Assembly (NCBI GenBank): GCA_964622095.1
Contig: CAZUPP010000007.1
Location: 16,823-80,822, forward strand
DNA from: an uncultured Verrucomicrobiales bacterium
GTDB lineage: Bacteria; Verrucomicrobiota; Verrucomicrobiia; Verrucomicrobiales; CAZUPP01
Length of the DNA stretch: 64,000 nt
Direction of reading: 5' to 3'
The position numbers and the translations under genes are program-made. This document shows, in pieces, positions 50,880-60,969 of this stretch. How positions within the stretch are numbered: position 1 is the first letter of the stretch; each line of letters opens with the position of its first letter. The notes under the pieces are model-generated. The model saw only the letters and a list, made by a program, of their open reading frames with translations, was not told where the DNA came from and ran no database searches.

Positions 50880-51388
50880 CACAGTCCTTTCGCCTTGATT
50901 GAAGTGGTTTCCATGGTAACCGCCAAGTCATTCATGGTGTAGGTTACCTGGACATAGACTTGCACGGTATCAATGCCATCCGGATCTTCCCGGCTCCCCA
51001 CGAGAACCGTCGCGGGTAGATCAACCGGGTTCCCATCACGGTCAAAGTAATACAAACGCACCGGGTTATTCACTCTGATTTCAGGCGGGGCAGCGGGATC
51101 CGTAACGTCAAACTCGCTGGGGACATTGTCAAAAAGAGCTCTGGGAGTGCTGTCTGACCAGTGGGTCTGCAGAGTTTCATTCAGGGTCTGAGACAGGATG
51201 GTGCGAGCCTGGGTGAGTGCGCGAGTGCGGGCCGCCAAGGTGTTGGTCATGCTCATCGCGGAGATTGCTCCTGCCGCGAAGAGGGTGATGAGCGCCCCGG
51301 CAATGAGAATCTCAATGAGGGTGAAACCTCTCGCTTGCCCGGCGTTGGGTGTTTGACCTTGCTGATCCTGACAGAAATGAGCTTTCAT
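50879..51388 (-). CDS. Prepilin-type N-terminal cleavage/methylation protein (PilV-like)
   Basis: ARG|FTLIEILIA followed by a hydrophobic helix; C-terminal V.VQVTY strand. Confidence 0.9.
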   Translation of the reverse strand: MKAHFCQDQQGQTPNAGQARGFTLIEILIAGALITLFAAGAISAMSMTNTLAARTRALTQARTILSQTLNETLQTHWSDSTPRALFDNVPSEFDVTDPAAPPEIRVNNPVRLYYFDRDGNPVDLPATVLVGSREDPDGIDTVQVYVQVTYTMNDLAVTMETTSIKAKGL

Positions 51389-51629
51389 GGAACGGTTTCG
51401 AAGAGGAGGCGATCAAGGACTGATCTCTAAACGCTTCTGGAGTTCCGCCGTGTGCCCGATTCTGAAAATTATGGAAAGTTAGCCTAATTCTTCAGGCGGC
51501 GCAACTCCTTATCCTGACAATATCGCATGTCATCAGCAGGAAGCAAACATCTTCAGGTGACGGTTTTGTGTCAACCGAACCGCCAGCCTGCGCTCATCCG
51601 GCCCTGACCAGCCTGCGTAGCTGTTCTGT

Positions 51630-52373
51630 ATGTCTGAGAACACGGATCAATCACACGCGGCCAAACGCATTTTCATCACCGGGGCAAGCAGCGGCATTGG
51701 GCGATGCACCGCTGCTAAGCTGGCCTCGCACGGCCATCATCTTTACCTGACGGGCCGTGATGAGGAGCGCCTCAAGGCTGCCGCCGCGGAGTGCAAGGAA
51801 GGGGGAGCAGCCTCGGTTGACTTTTCTACGGGAGATGTGACGAGCCTTGCTTCCATGCAACAGGTCACGAAAGCAGCGGTCGAAACGATGGGAGGCATCG
51901 AAGTGGTGATTCATTGTGCCGGCATCGGATTCATCCAGCGCTTTGAAGAAACCTCAGACGCTGACTTTCTGCGCGTGAGCAACACAAACCAGCGCGGGAC
52001 CTTCTTTGTGGCAAAAGCGACCTGTCCTCTCATGGCCGAGCAGAAGAAAGGCCTCTTTATCACCCTGCCGGGTATTCTGGGCAAGGCCGGGATGAAAGGA
52101 GCCGCGGCCTACGCGGCCAGCAAATGGGCCGTCGCCGGGCTGGTCAAATGCCTGGCGGCGGAGTATGCCCACAAAAAACTGCGCTTTTGCCTGCTTTACC
52201 TGGGTGGGGTCGACTCGCCGTTCTGGGATGATCTGGGCATGAAGGTGTCTCGGGAGCACATGATTCCGGTGGACACTGCCGCCAGCCTCGTCGTCCAGGC
52301 CGTGCAGGCGCCGGACCACCTTGTGCTCAATGAGATCGTCATGCAGCCGGAGAGCCATCAGCTTGTCTCTTAG
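51630..52373 (+). CDS. SDR family oxidoreductase
   Basis: ITGASSGIG, HCAG, YAASK. Confidence 0.93.
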   Translation: MSENTDQSHAAKRIFITGASSGIGRCTAAKLASHGHHLYLTGRDEERLKAAAAECKEGGAASVDFSTGDVTSLASMQQVTKAAVETMGGIEVVIHCAGIGFIQRFEETSDADFLRVSNTNQRGTFFVAKATCPLMAEQKKGLFITLPGILGKAGMKGAAAYAASKWAVAGLVKCLAAEYAHKKLRFCLLYLGGVDSPFWDDLGMKVSREHMIPVDTAASLVVQAVQAPDHLVLNEIVMQPESHQLVS

Positions 52374-52713
52374 ACGCGATGTCTGTGGCTAAGTTGTCAA
52401 AAGCAGGCAGTTGCTGGATCGAATCGGGCGGGATAGGCTACGTGACGCGCTGCATCCGGCTGACTGTTGTGAGTTTTTTTGCGCCTGGCTCCGGCTGTCA
52501 CTGGCCCAAGCATCCGAAATCCCAGGATGTGATCAAGAACCTCGTGCTGCCGTCCGCATTGCGAATGAGGCTGCGGTCTATGTAACGATTGATATTGGAG
52601 ATAAGCGGGCGCCCTCACGGCGTTAAATTCCATTCTCGACTATTTGGGCGTTGAGTTGGCATTCAGCAAAAAGAGAGTGCTCCCTCTCACCTCTCGAGTG
52701 AACTTTATCCCGT

Positions 52714-55293
52714 TTAGATAAATAGATTGGTCCCGGCTTTGGCGGAGGCGCCCATAAAGTCAGCCACGCCTCCGAGTTCGAGGCCATCGATGAGCTCTTC
52801 TTCACGGATACCCATGGCTTCCATGGACATCGTGCAGGCGACCATGCGTACGCCGGCTTGCTGAGCTTCGGCCATGAGCCCGGGCAGGTTAGGCAGATTC
52901 TTGGATTTCATCCGGTCTACCATCATGGCTCGTCCCATCCCACCGAAATTCATGTTGGACAGCGGCAGCTTACCCAAGCCGCGGGGCAACATGGCGCCGA
53001 ACATCCTGTCCATCGCCGTCTTACCTTTTATGGACATGGATTGCTCTTTACGCAGCACATTCAGGCCCCAAAAGGTGAAGAACATGGTGACCTTTCCGCC
53101 CATAGCCGCAGCCCCGTTGGCGATGACCAGAGCGGCGAGGGCTTTGTCCATTTCCTGCGAGAAAACCACCAGGGTGGTGTCCGGGTTGGCCGTGGCCGGG
53201 GTTGAGTCGTTGCCGGACTGGACAGATTGAGTGACTCGCGTTTTCTGAAGGCTGGCGTGGATCAGCCCTTTCTCTTTTCGAATGGCCGGTTCCGGGTAGC
53301 CCGCGCTCTCCGCGAACGCGCGAATATCCGCCGTGAATCCTGGATCTGAAGCGGTCACCTGGAGAGTTTGGCCCTCGGCGAGACCATCGATGGCTTCACG
53401 CACCCTCAGAAGCGGACCTGGGCATGCCATGCCGGAACAATCGAGTTTTATGGATTCAGCGGAGATGACTGGGGACATGGGGTTGGCGGTATGCATGGTT
53501 TCAGGAGCAGGAGACGGGGTTGAAGGTTTAGAAGGGAAGTGGTCGGACGGCTGGGCGTCGGGCGAAGTTGAGCCATTACTGGAAGTTCGTAGCAGGTCCG
53601 TGTGAATGTGCAGGCCACCCATCAGACCATGGGCTTGATAGCCGTGCTGACGAAGGATGCGGGAAGCAAAGTAGCTCATTTTGCCGCGTGCGCAGACCGT
53701 GGTGACGGGCTGGTCTTTGTCGATCTCATCAAGGCGCTCACGAATCTCAGTAAGCGGGATGTTACGGGCGGCAGAGATTGGATGCACTTCCGCCATGGCG
53801 GCTGGACGCACATCAATAAGCTGGGTATCCTGCGGAGCTGCATTAAGCGTCAGAGAGAGGCCATCGCGCTTGTTTTGAGCGGCAAAACCCGCCGTGTTGA
53901 GAACGTCACGCGCACTGCCAAAGGGCGGTGCGTAGGCCAATTCCAAGTGGACGAGGTCGTCAATGGTAAGCCTGCCAGCGATGGCAGTAGCCAGGACATC
54001 GAGGCGCTTGTCCACGCCATCAGGGCCGTAGACCTGTCCGCCCAGGAGCCGGCCAGTTTCCTTTTCCCAAAGAACTTTGACCGTGACGAGGGTGGCTCCC
54101 GGGTAGTAACCCGCGTGGTTAAAGTCGGTAACCGTGACAGTATCATAGGCCTTTTCCGCCTGCTGAAGACGTCGCTCCGTCCAGCCTGTCACCCCGGCGG
54201 CCATGTCAAAAACCCGGACGATCGCCGTTCCAATCGAGCCTGGATACGGGTTCGGGGCAGGCAGATTTTCGTCACGGCTCATGAAGATATGATCAGCCGC
54301 TGTCCGGCCTTGACGGTTGGCTGGGCCGCCGAGTTGCAGCACCATCCGGCTGCCTTCCACGACGCGGTCGGCTGTTTCGACCGCGTCACCCGCCGCATAG
54401 ATGTCTGGATCGCTCGTCTGCTGGAACTCATTGACAACCATCGCTCCGCGCTGGCCCAGCTCCAGGCCTGCTTCAGAGGCCAGTTGATTCTCCGGTTTCA
54501 CTCCGATGGACAGGATCACCAGGTCAGTCTCCACCGTTGCGCCTGAGTTCAGCTCAGCTGTGAGAAAGGATTCACTGGAATGGAAACCTTTGATACCATC
54601 ACCAAGCCGTAATTCTACGCCGTTTTCGCGAAGCTCGTTCTCGATCGGCTTGACCATTTCGGCGTCTAACTGGGGGAGAACCTGCCCGACCAGTTCCACA
54701 AGAGTGACTTGTTTACCAAGGCGCTGTAATTGCTCCGCCATCTCGAGGCCAATGAAGCCTGCCCCTACGATGAGCACGCGTCTGGCCGCTTCGGCTTTTT
54801 CCCGGATGCGGTCCATGTCCTGTAAATTGCGAAGGGTTAAGATGCGGGGGTCTTCAATTCCGGGGAGAGGAGGCCGAAGCGGGGAAGCACCAGGTGAAAG
54901 GATCAGCTTGTCATAGGGCAGATCCGCTTCTTCTCCGGTCTGCACATTGCGCACGCGCAGTGTCTTGGCTTCACGATTGATCGAGATGGCCTCAGTGCGC
55001 GTCTTCACCTCGACGTTGAGAAGCTGAGCCAGGGACTGAGGCGTCTGGACGGCAAGACGGTCCCGGTCAGTGATTTCACCGCCGATGAAGTAGGGCAGGC
55101 CGCAGTTGGCGAATGAAACGTCAGGTCCGCGTTCCACGATGGTAATCTGAGCGCTTTCAGCCAGGCGACGGGCGCGTGCCGCGGCAGAAGCGCCACCGGC
55201 TACTCCGCCGATAATGACAAGACGCAGAGGGTGGGAAGGAGCCGGAGAAATAGATGGGGAAGAGGTCGTGGGATGAGTGGCGACTGAGTTCAT
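52714..55293 (-). CDS. CoA-disulfide/persulfide reductase fused to rhodanese, TusA and DsrE-like domains
   Basis: GGVAGG, SFANCGLPY, GAGFIGLE, LELAYAPPF; rhodanese IDVR...CARG; TusA DCSGMACPGP; DsrE FFTFWGL...ACTMSM. Confidence 0.93.
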   Translation of the reverse strand: MNSVATHPTTSSPSISPAPSHPLRLVIIGGVAGGASAAARARRLAESAQITIVERGPDVSFANCGLPYFIGGEITDRDRLAVQTPQSLAQLLNVEVKTRTEAISINREAKTLRVRNVQTGEEADLPYDKLILSPGASPLRPPLPGIEDPRILTLRNLQDMDRIREKAEAARRVLIVGAGFIGLEMAEQLQRLGKQVTLVELVGQVLPQLDAEMVKPIENELRENGVELRLGDGIKGFHSSESFLTAELNSGATVETDLVILSIGVKPENQLASEAGLELGQRGAMVVNEFQQTSDPDIYAAGDAVETADRVVEGSRMVLQLGGPANRQGRTAADHIFMSRDENLPAPNPYPGSIGTAIVRVFDMAAGVTGWTERRLQQAEKAYDTVTVTDFNHAGYYPGATLVTVKVLWEKETGRLLGGQVYGPDGVDKRLDVLATAIAGRLTIDDLVHLELAYAPPFGSARDVLNTAGFAAQNKRDGLSLTLNAAPQDTQLIDVRPAAMAEVHPISAARNIPLTEIRERLDEIDKDQPVTTVCARGKMSYFASRILRQHGYQAHGLMGGLHIHTDLLRTSSNGSTSPDAQPSDHFPSKPSTPSPAPETMHTANPMSPVISAESIKLDCSGMACPGPLLRVREAIDGLAEGQTLQVTASDPGFTADIRAFAESAGYPEPAIRKEKGLIHASLQKTRVTQSVQSGNDSTPATANPDTTLVVFSQEMDKALAALVIANGAAAMGGKVTMFFTFWGLNVLRKEQSMSIKGKTAMDRMFGAMLPRGLGKLPLSNMNFGGMGRAMMVDRMKSKNLPNLPGLMAEAQQAGVRMVACTMSMEAMGIREEELIDGLELGGVADFMGASAKAGTNLFI

Positions 55294-55403
55294 GGGACGA
55301 GGTCAGGAACAGATGTGGACATGAATGGGATGGATGGATTCGGGGGAGCAATTGCGTGGCGGTGAGTGCCGCAAAGATGAAAGGCCCTTGCGCCACCAAA
55401 CAA

Positions 55404-55419
55404 ATAAGCATATGATTAT
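55404..55419. promoter_or_regulatory. Putative ArsR-family operator (imperfect palindrome) overlapping a minus-strand TATAAT
   Basis: ATAAGCATATGATTAT, with 14 of 16 positions self-complementary, in the divergent intergenic region; attata at 55415-55420 reads TATAAT on the minus strand. Confidence 0.65.
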
Positions 55420-55565
55420 ATGATTGCAAGCGCTCACTCCAGCTTTTTGTTACTTTCCGGTTCTTATCCCATCGTTGACTGCCCGTTCCCGTGGGTTCGC
55501 TTTCTAATCACGAATTTCCCTTCGGTTTAGTAGGGAATCTGCTAAGTTTGACCAATCAACGCCTT

Positions 55566-55961
55566 ATGCCCGTCGCTTCATTTCATAAGGACCTCGCCCC
55601 GGTGCCCTCACCTGAGCCTGCCGCTGACCCGGTCAATCGCGGCAATGGCATGTCTGAGGGCGCGTTAGGGATCGTAGCCCGCCGTTTCAAAGTTCTTGGT
55701 GAACCGATGCGGCTGCGGATTCTTCAGCTGCTCAAGAGCGGCGAGCAAAGTGTCACACAGCTGGTTGAAGTGCTGGGCACGACACAGGCTAACGTCTCGC
55801 GGCACTTGTCTGTGCTGAGCGCACATTCCATGGTGGACCGGAGAAGAGATGGATCCTTTGTCTATTACTTCATCTCTGACCAGGTGATCTTTGAGCTTTG
55901 TGAACTGATGTGCTCGAGCTTGCGGGAGGATTACGTGAGCAAAGGCAAGGCACTGGGCTGA
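55566..55961 (+). CDS. ArsR/SmtB family transcriptional repressor
   Basis: RFKVLGEPMRLRIL, QANVSRHL, RRDG..VYY, C-terminal ELCELMC. Confidence 0.92.
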   Translation: MPVASFHKDLAPVPSPEPAADPVNRGNGMSEGALGIVARRFKVLGEPMRLRILQLLKSGEQSVTQLVEVLGTTQANVSRHLSVLSAHSMVDRRRDGSFVYYFISDQVIFELCELMCSSLREDYVSKGKALG

Positions 55962-56018
55962 TTACGGCGCTTTAGGCTTGGCGGCGGGAGATTCTTCAGG
56001 TGATGAATTATCCCCACG

Positions 56019-57073
56019 ATGATGAGCCCTCGTGAACGCGTCATGGCCGTCCTGAACGGCGAGGAACCCGATCGCTGTCCGGTGGATTACTGGGCGACCG
56101 GTGAGGTTACGAAGTCGCTCTATGAACACACTGGAGCAGCCGATGAACTGGATCTATACCGACGGCTGGCCGTTGATAAGTTGGTGATCGTCAATGTGAA
56201 TTATCCGAAGGTTGAACCTGGGCCGGAGGATGAACCCAGGAATATGTGGGGAGTTCCGCTCAGGGGGATTCAGGCCGGGGACGCGTATTACAGTGAGTTT
56301 GCGCACGCTCCGATGCAGGATTTCGAGGAGATTTCTGAGCTAGAGGACTACCCGTATTGGCCGGACCCAAATAACTATCTCTATGACGAAGCCGTCCAGA
56401 AATCCCGCGTCACTCATGAAGATTTTGCCGTGCTTGGCTCCTGGGTTTCATTCTTTGAGATTTATTGTCAGCTTCGCGGGCTGGAACAAGGCTTGATGGA
56501 TCTGATTGAAGATCCGGACTTTGTCGAGGCAGCACTGGACAAGATCGAATCCATCCAGACCCGGATGATGGAGGAATACTTCCGCCGGGGAACGGGGCGG
56601 TTGATCTGGTATTCGTAAGTGACGACATGGCCGGTCAGACCAGTCTGCTGATGTCCGTGGAGATGTGGCGGCGTCATCTGGCGCCACGCCTGCGCCGCTG
56701 GTGCGAGATGATTCACCGGCATGGACTGAGAGTTTTCTATCATACGGACGGCGCAGCGGGAGATCTGATTGGACCACTCACTGATTGCGGGATTGACGTG
56801 CTCAACCCTATCCAACATGCCTGTCCCGGGATGGATTGTGAAAGATTGAAGGGTGAGTTTGGGGACCGCCTGATCTTTCACGGGGGTGTGGATAATCAAC
56901 AGGTTCTACCGTTTGGGTCTCCAGAGGACGTGCGCAAGGAAGTGCGTCACCTCAAGAGAACGCTTGGCGCGAACCGCAAAGGCTTCATCTGCGCAACCTG
57001 CCATAACGCTCAGCCGGGCACCACCGTGGAGAATATGTTGGCGATGATCGATGAGGCCAAGAAGCCCTGGTAA
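56019..57073 (+). pseudogene. Uroporphyrinogen decarboxylase-like (URO-D/MtaA) protein, split by one frameshift
   Basis: MSPRERV...GEEPDR.P and LRGLE, then FYHTDG, LNPIQ, GGVDNQ, CHN. Adding one G to GGGG at 56587-56590 gives RGNGAVDLVFVSDDMAGQ. Confidence 0.8.
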
Positions 57074-57151
57074 TTTTTTCTCGCCGCCCATGCGTTCTTC
57101 CCGTACGCTCAACTTGCGCTTGCTTCTCTTCACCCCTTAGCAACTGATTAC

Positions 57152-57403
57152 ATGACTTTAGAAAGCATCCTAATCTTCCTCCTCGTCGGCGCGATTGCGG
57201 GCTGGCTCGCCGGTTTGATCGTCAAGGGCCGCGGCTTTGGTCTTCTGGGCAACATCGTCATTGGGATCCTGGGTGCTTTTCTTGGCACCTTCCTGTTTGG
57301 TCTGCTTGGAATCGCCTTCTTTGGATTTATCGGTACCATCGTTGGCGCCACTCTCGGCGCGATTATCCTTTTGGTGATTATCGGTGCCATTAAGAAGGCC
57401 TGA
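57152..57403 (+). CDS. GlsB/YeaQ/YmgE family stress-response membrane protein
   Basis: GAIAGWLAG.....G.G..GNIVIGILGA...GAIILL. Confidence 0.92.
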   Translation: MTLESILIFLLVGAIAGWLAGLIVKGRGFGLLGNIVIGILGAFLGTFLFGLLGIAFFGFIGTIVGATLGAIILLVIIGAIKKA

Positions 57404-57453
57404 ACAGCGAAATAGGGTTGTCCCACGTCAGAAGCTGTTGAGACTGCAAGGGT

Positions 57454-59715
57454 ATGAGCACTGCGCTACACCCTACTCAAGTCCTTCTGCACAGCCCACA
57501 AGCTCTGCGTATCGCCTACACGGTGGATTTATCCGAGCTGGAGCTCTGGTGGTCACCGAAAGCTGGCGAATCGTTTGACTATCTCGACCGGAACTTTTCC
57601 AGCCGTGACGATCATCTTTGCATCTTCGACAGAATCACATTTCCCGAACTGAATATCGAGCGGTTCGCCGGGTGTGACTATGATCCATATGACAGCACGG
57701 TTCGCTATACCGGTCTGCAGTTCAGCTTGCGGCCGCTGGTCAATGCTCCCGCCCTTCTGATTTCCGCGGATCGCCCTTTGACGATTGATTTCAAGAGTGA
57801 ACGAGAAGATGAATCACTTTTGCGCGATGAACAAACCTTTGCCTTGGGTCACGTAGAAGCCGGGCAACGATTTGAGTTCGTCGCAACGCTGGGCTCTGGG
57901 GAAGGGAGCTTCCAGCATCAGCGTCTGATCGAGAGCGGGCGCTCGATTTATAGCCGGGCCAAGCTGGGACCCGGGCAGCCGCTGGTTATCGCGGTTGACC
58001 TCTCCGGAAGAAACGCCGTCAAGCTGGGGCATAACATCGCACGCGACGCGTCCCGGTCCATTGCTGTCTCCCTTGAAGTAATGCACTCAGAATTACGACC
58101 CGGAAAATGGTTCTGTGAAAATCAGGCAATGAACCGGTTACAGGAAATCACCATGGCGGGCCTGCATTCCTGCATTGATAATTCCGGCGCAATCCGTGCC
58201 TCGATCAAGGCGGTGTATTACCTGATCTGGGTGCGGGATGGGGCGTTTTGCTTTTGTTATCAGGCGCACGCGGGATGGCCCCACCGGTTCCAGGAATGGT
58301 GCCGGTTCATGCTCGAAAATCCAACAGAGGTCAATGAACCAGGGCACCCGCGAAAGATGTTTGCCCAACTGGTGAGCAAGCGCTTTGGAAAACTGGAAGA
58401 AGATGGAATATATTATGCGATCTGGTCTGTCTTTACTTATTGGACGCAGACCGGTGACCGGCAGTTTGTAGAAGGTGGGTGGCGTGACCTGTTGTGCTCA
58501 TGCATGGATGAGATTGAGAACTATGGCTGGGACGAAGCAAGGGGCCTGTTCGGTGGACATTTCACGGATGAAAGTCCGTCCGTGGGTGCACGGGATTGCT
58601 ATTATGATCATGCCGTCGGAAAACCCGGAGGTGAAGGTGGAGTACATCTGGATGGTAAACCGGTGAAGCTTTTCTACGATGTCTATTACAACATCCTGAT
58701 GCATGCCAGCTGGAGTATGCTGGCCATCATATGCGAAGGAGAAAAGGCAAACGGCTACCAGGCAAAGGCGGACAAGCTTTCAGTTGAATTAGCAAAATTC
58801 TTTGAGGAGCTGAATGAAGACGGTTTGCCGATCTATAGCCACCTGCTTTTTGCGGATGGGACCTGGGGAATCGCGCCGCCGTTTGTGCCGTCAAAGAGCG
58901 TTTATTCCTGGGCGCTAACCCTGCCAAGCTTCGCGCGGATTCCGAAGGTTGACCGCTTGCGCCAGAACCTCCTGAAGAAAATGATGGAAGAACCAGATGG
59001 CCACTGGATCAATGGCATCGCTTCAGCCATTGCGGCTATTGATACGTGGAATTACGATGAGAGCATGCTGGTTGTCGCACTGGAAAAAGTATGCGATCAA
59101 AGCATGCAGGCAGGGACTTACTTTCCAATGGCAGGGGCGATGCCAGAAAAATTTAACGCGCCCATGGGAAATCTGCATCACGACATTCGGCCGCAGGCAT
59201 TTGCGCAAAGTTCGTGGCTGGCCGCCTGCGCTAACCTGGGTGTACGGCGACTCCATTATGGACTGGCTGTCCGGCCAACCCGTTATCTGAAGAATCTGCA
59301 AGACTATCAGTGGCAGGGCCGGTCGATCGATTTTCATTTTGGAGCAGAGGGCATTGAATCACATGCCAATCTTGGGCTTGAAATAAACGGCCAGCCCGTT
59401 TGCTACACCCTGCAATTACCCGAAGAAAATCTGGACGAGGCAAAGAATGCGATCCGGTTCGCCCTCGGTAAAGCAGGACCGCTCCTGGTCAGGTCAAGCG
59501 TGAGGTTGAATCGGGTTGAAGAACAGGAAGGGATAGTGCGTTATCATATCACTTCATGGGGGCCATGCGAGATGGTTTTTGACGATGCGCCACAGATCGT
59601 TAGCCTAACCGCGAATCAAGGAGAATCCATCAAGCCGGATTCGGAAGTCGCGGAGGAGCTGCATTTTCTCTATTTTCGCTGCCGAGGAGATGCGGTGCTG
59701 GAATTGCGGGTTTGA
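57454..59715 (+). CDS. Six-hairpin glycosidase-like protein (GH15-like)
   Basis: GAIRAS...YYLIWVRDGAF resembles the GH15 Y..W.RD motif; EEDG; MPEKF near the barrel end. Confidence 0.7.
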   Translation: MSTALHPTQVLLHSPQALRIAYTVDLSELELWWSPKAGESFDYLDRNFSSRDDHLCIFDRITFPELNIERFAGCDYDPYDSTVRYTGLQFSLRPLVNAPALLISADRPLTIDFKSEREDESLLRDEQTFALGHVEAGQRFEFVATLGSGEGSFQHQRLIESGRSIYSRAKLGPGQPLVIAVDLSGRNAVKLGHNIARDASRSIAVSLEVMHSELRPGKWFCENQAMNRLQEITMAGLHSCIDNSGAIRASIKAVYYLIWVRDGAFCFCYQAHAGWPHRFQEWCRFMLENPTEVNEPGHPRKMFAQLVSKRFGKLEEDGIYYAIWSVFTYWTQTGDRQFVEGGWRDLLCSCMDEIENYGWDEARGLFGGHFTDESPSVGARDCYYDHAVGKPGGEGGVHLDGKPVKLFYDVYYNILMHASWSMLAIICEGEKANGYQAKADKLSVELAKFFEELNEDGLPIYSHLLFADGTWGIAPPFVPSKSVYSWALTLPSFARIPKVDRLRQNLLKKMMEEPDGHWINGIASAIAAIDTWNYDESMLVVALEKVCDQSMQAGTYFPMAGAMPEKFNAPMGNLHHDIRPQAFAQSSWLAACANLGVRRLHYGLAVRPTRYLKNLQDYQWQGRSIDFHFGAEGIESHANLGLEINGQPVCYTLQLPEENLDEAKNAIRFALGKAGPLLVRSSVRLNRVEEQEGIVRYHITSWGPCEMVFDDAPQIVSLTANQGESIKPDSEVAEELHFLYFRCRGDAVLELRV

Positions 59716-59742
59716 GGCAGCGGATCATTCCCTCTTGCCATT

Positions 59743-60969
59743 ATGAAAAGACTGAAGGTTGGCGTCACCGGAACCGGTGGATTTGCGCCAAATTTCATCC
59801 CATTGCTGCAGGCACATCCCTGGGTTGAAGAAGTGTGTATTGTGGAAATCCGCGAGGGGCGCCGCAAGGAGGTGCAGGAACAATTCAAGATTGCGGGGGC
59901 GTTCGGGGATCACGATGCAATGTGTGCCAGTAACGTGGATGCCGTGTTGATTTTTGTAGATCGCTCCCGGCATTTTCCTTTCGCCAAGCAAGCGCTGCAG
60001 TCGGGCAAGCATGTTTACACCGCGGTGCCGATGGCCAATACGGTGGAGGAAATTGGCGAGCTGGTAGAGCTGGTCAGAAAAACCGGGTTGACCTATGTCA
60101 TGGGTGAAACCAGCACGTATTACCCGGCATTCTTGTATTGCCAAAAAAGGTTTCGTGCCGGGGACTTTGGACGCTTCGTTTATGGGGAAGGCGAATACTA
60201 TCATGACATGGCCTGCCCGGGCTCAGCGTTTTATGAGATTTACAAAAATGCCCACGGTGATGAATGGCGGAAGTTCGCGGGATTTCCCCCTATGCTTTAT
60301 CCTACCCATTCCGTGGCCATGGTATTGGGGGTGACGGGCGCGCATATGACCCACGTATCCTGCGTTGGGCTTAATGATGAAAAACACGAGGATGAATGCT
60401 GGGGACCGGGAAAGAATTTCTGGGATAATCCATACAGCAGTCAATGTGGACTTTTTCAGACAAGTGATGGGGGGATAGCACGGATAAATGAGTTTCGGCG
60501 GATCGGGATGACGCACAGCAATCACGTGCGGCTAAGTATTTTTGGAACGGAAGCCTCCTTCGAGGAGCAGTCAGGTGATCACCGGGGAATGTTCAGTTGG
60601 GTCACTCTGGATAGTAAAAAAGAAGATCCAACCGCGCAGTTGCATTGTCCACCCGCGCAGGAAAGCGGAGGAGCTGAGACTGAGTATCTGGGCGTGGCAA
60701 AGATTCATCCGACGGAACGATTGCCTGAAGCCTACCGAGGAAAGCGCAACGCGCACTTCGGCTCTCACCAGTTCCTTATGGATGATTTTATCAAAGGGTG
60801 CGTGCGAGGAAAAATCCCTCCGAATAATGTCTGGGAGGCGGCCCGATATAATATACCGGGACTAATCGCGCATGAATCTTGCATGAAAGAAGGAGAGCGG
60901 CTTTCCATTCCTGATTTTGGTGAAGCCCCGGTGGATAATCGCCTGGACGTAAGTGAGAAAGCGGAGTGA
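59743..60969 (+). CDS. Gfo/Idh/MocA family oxidoreductase
   Basis: KVGVTGTGGF, ALQSGKHVYTAVP, GEGEYYHD, YPTHS. Confidence 0.92.
   Translation: MKRLKVGVTGTGGFAPNFIPLLQAHPWVEEVCIVEIREGRRKEVQEQFKIAGAFGDHDAMCASNVDAVLIFVDRSRHFPFAKQALQSGKHVYTAVPMANTVEEIGELVELVRKTGLTYVMGETSTYYPAFLYCQKRFRAGDFGRFVYGEGEYYHDMACPGSAFYEIYKNAHGDEWRKFAGFPPMLYPTHSVAMVLGVTGAHMTHVSCVGLNDEKHEDECWGPGKNFWDNPYSSQCGLFQTSDGGIARINEFRRIGMTHSNHVRLSIFGTEASFEEQSGDHRGMFSWVTLDSKKEDPTAQLHCPPAQESGGAETEYLGVAKIHPTERLPEAYRGKRNAHFGSHQFLMDDFIKGCVRGKIPPNNVWEAARYNIPGLIAHESCMKEGERLSIPDFGEAPVDNRLDVSEKAE

Noticed and set aside
52656..52683. CIRCE-like TTGGCATTC...GAGTGCTCC
   Set aside because: The spacer is 10 nt rather than 9, the arms are mismatched, and it lies between convergent gene ends rather than upstream of chaperone genes.
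52374..52713. Short ORFs or ncRNA in the 340 bp convergent gap
   Set aside because: No recognisable motif or structure; a decayed gene fragment is possible but cannot be supported.
53602..54546. 314 aa plus-strand ORF
   Set aside because: Antisense shadow of the CoA-disulfide reductase fusion.
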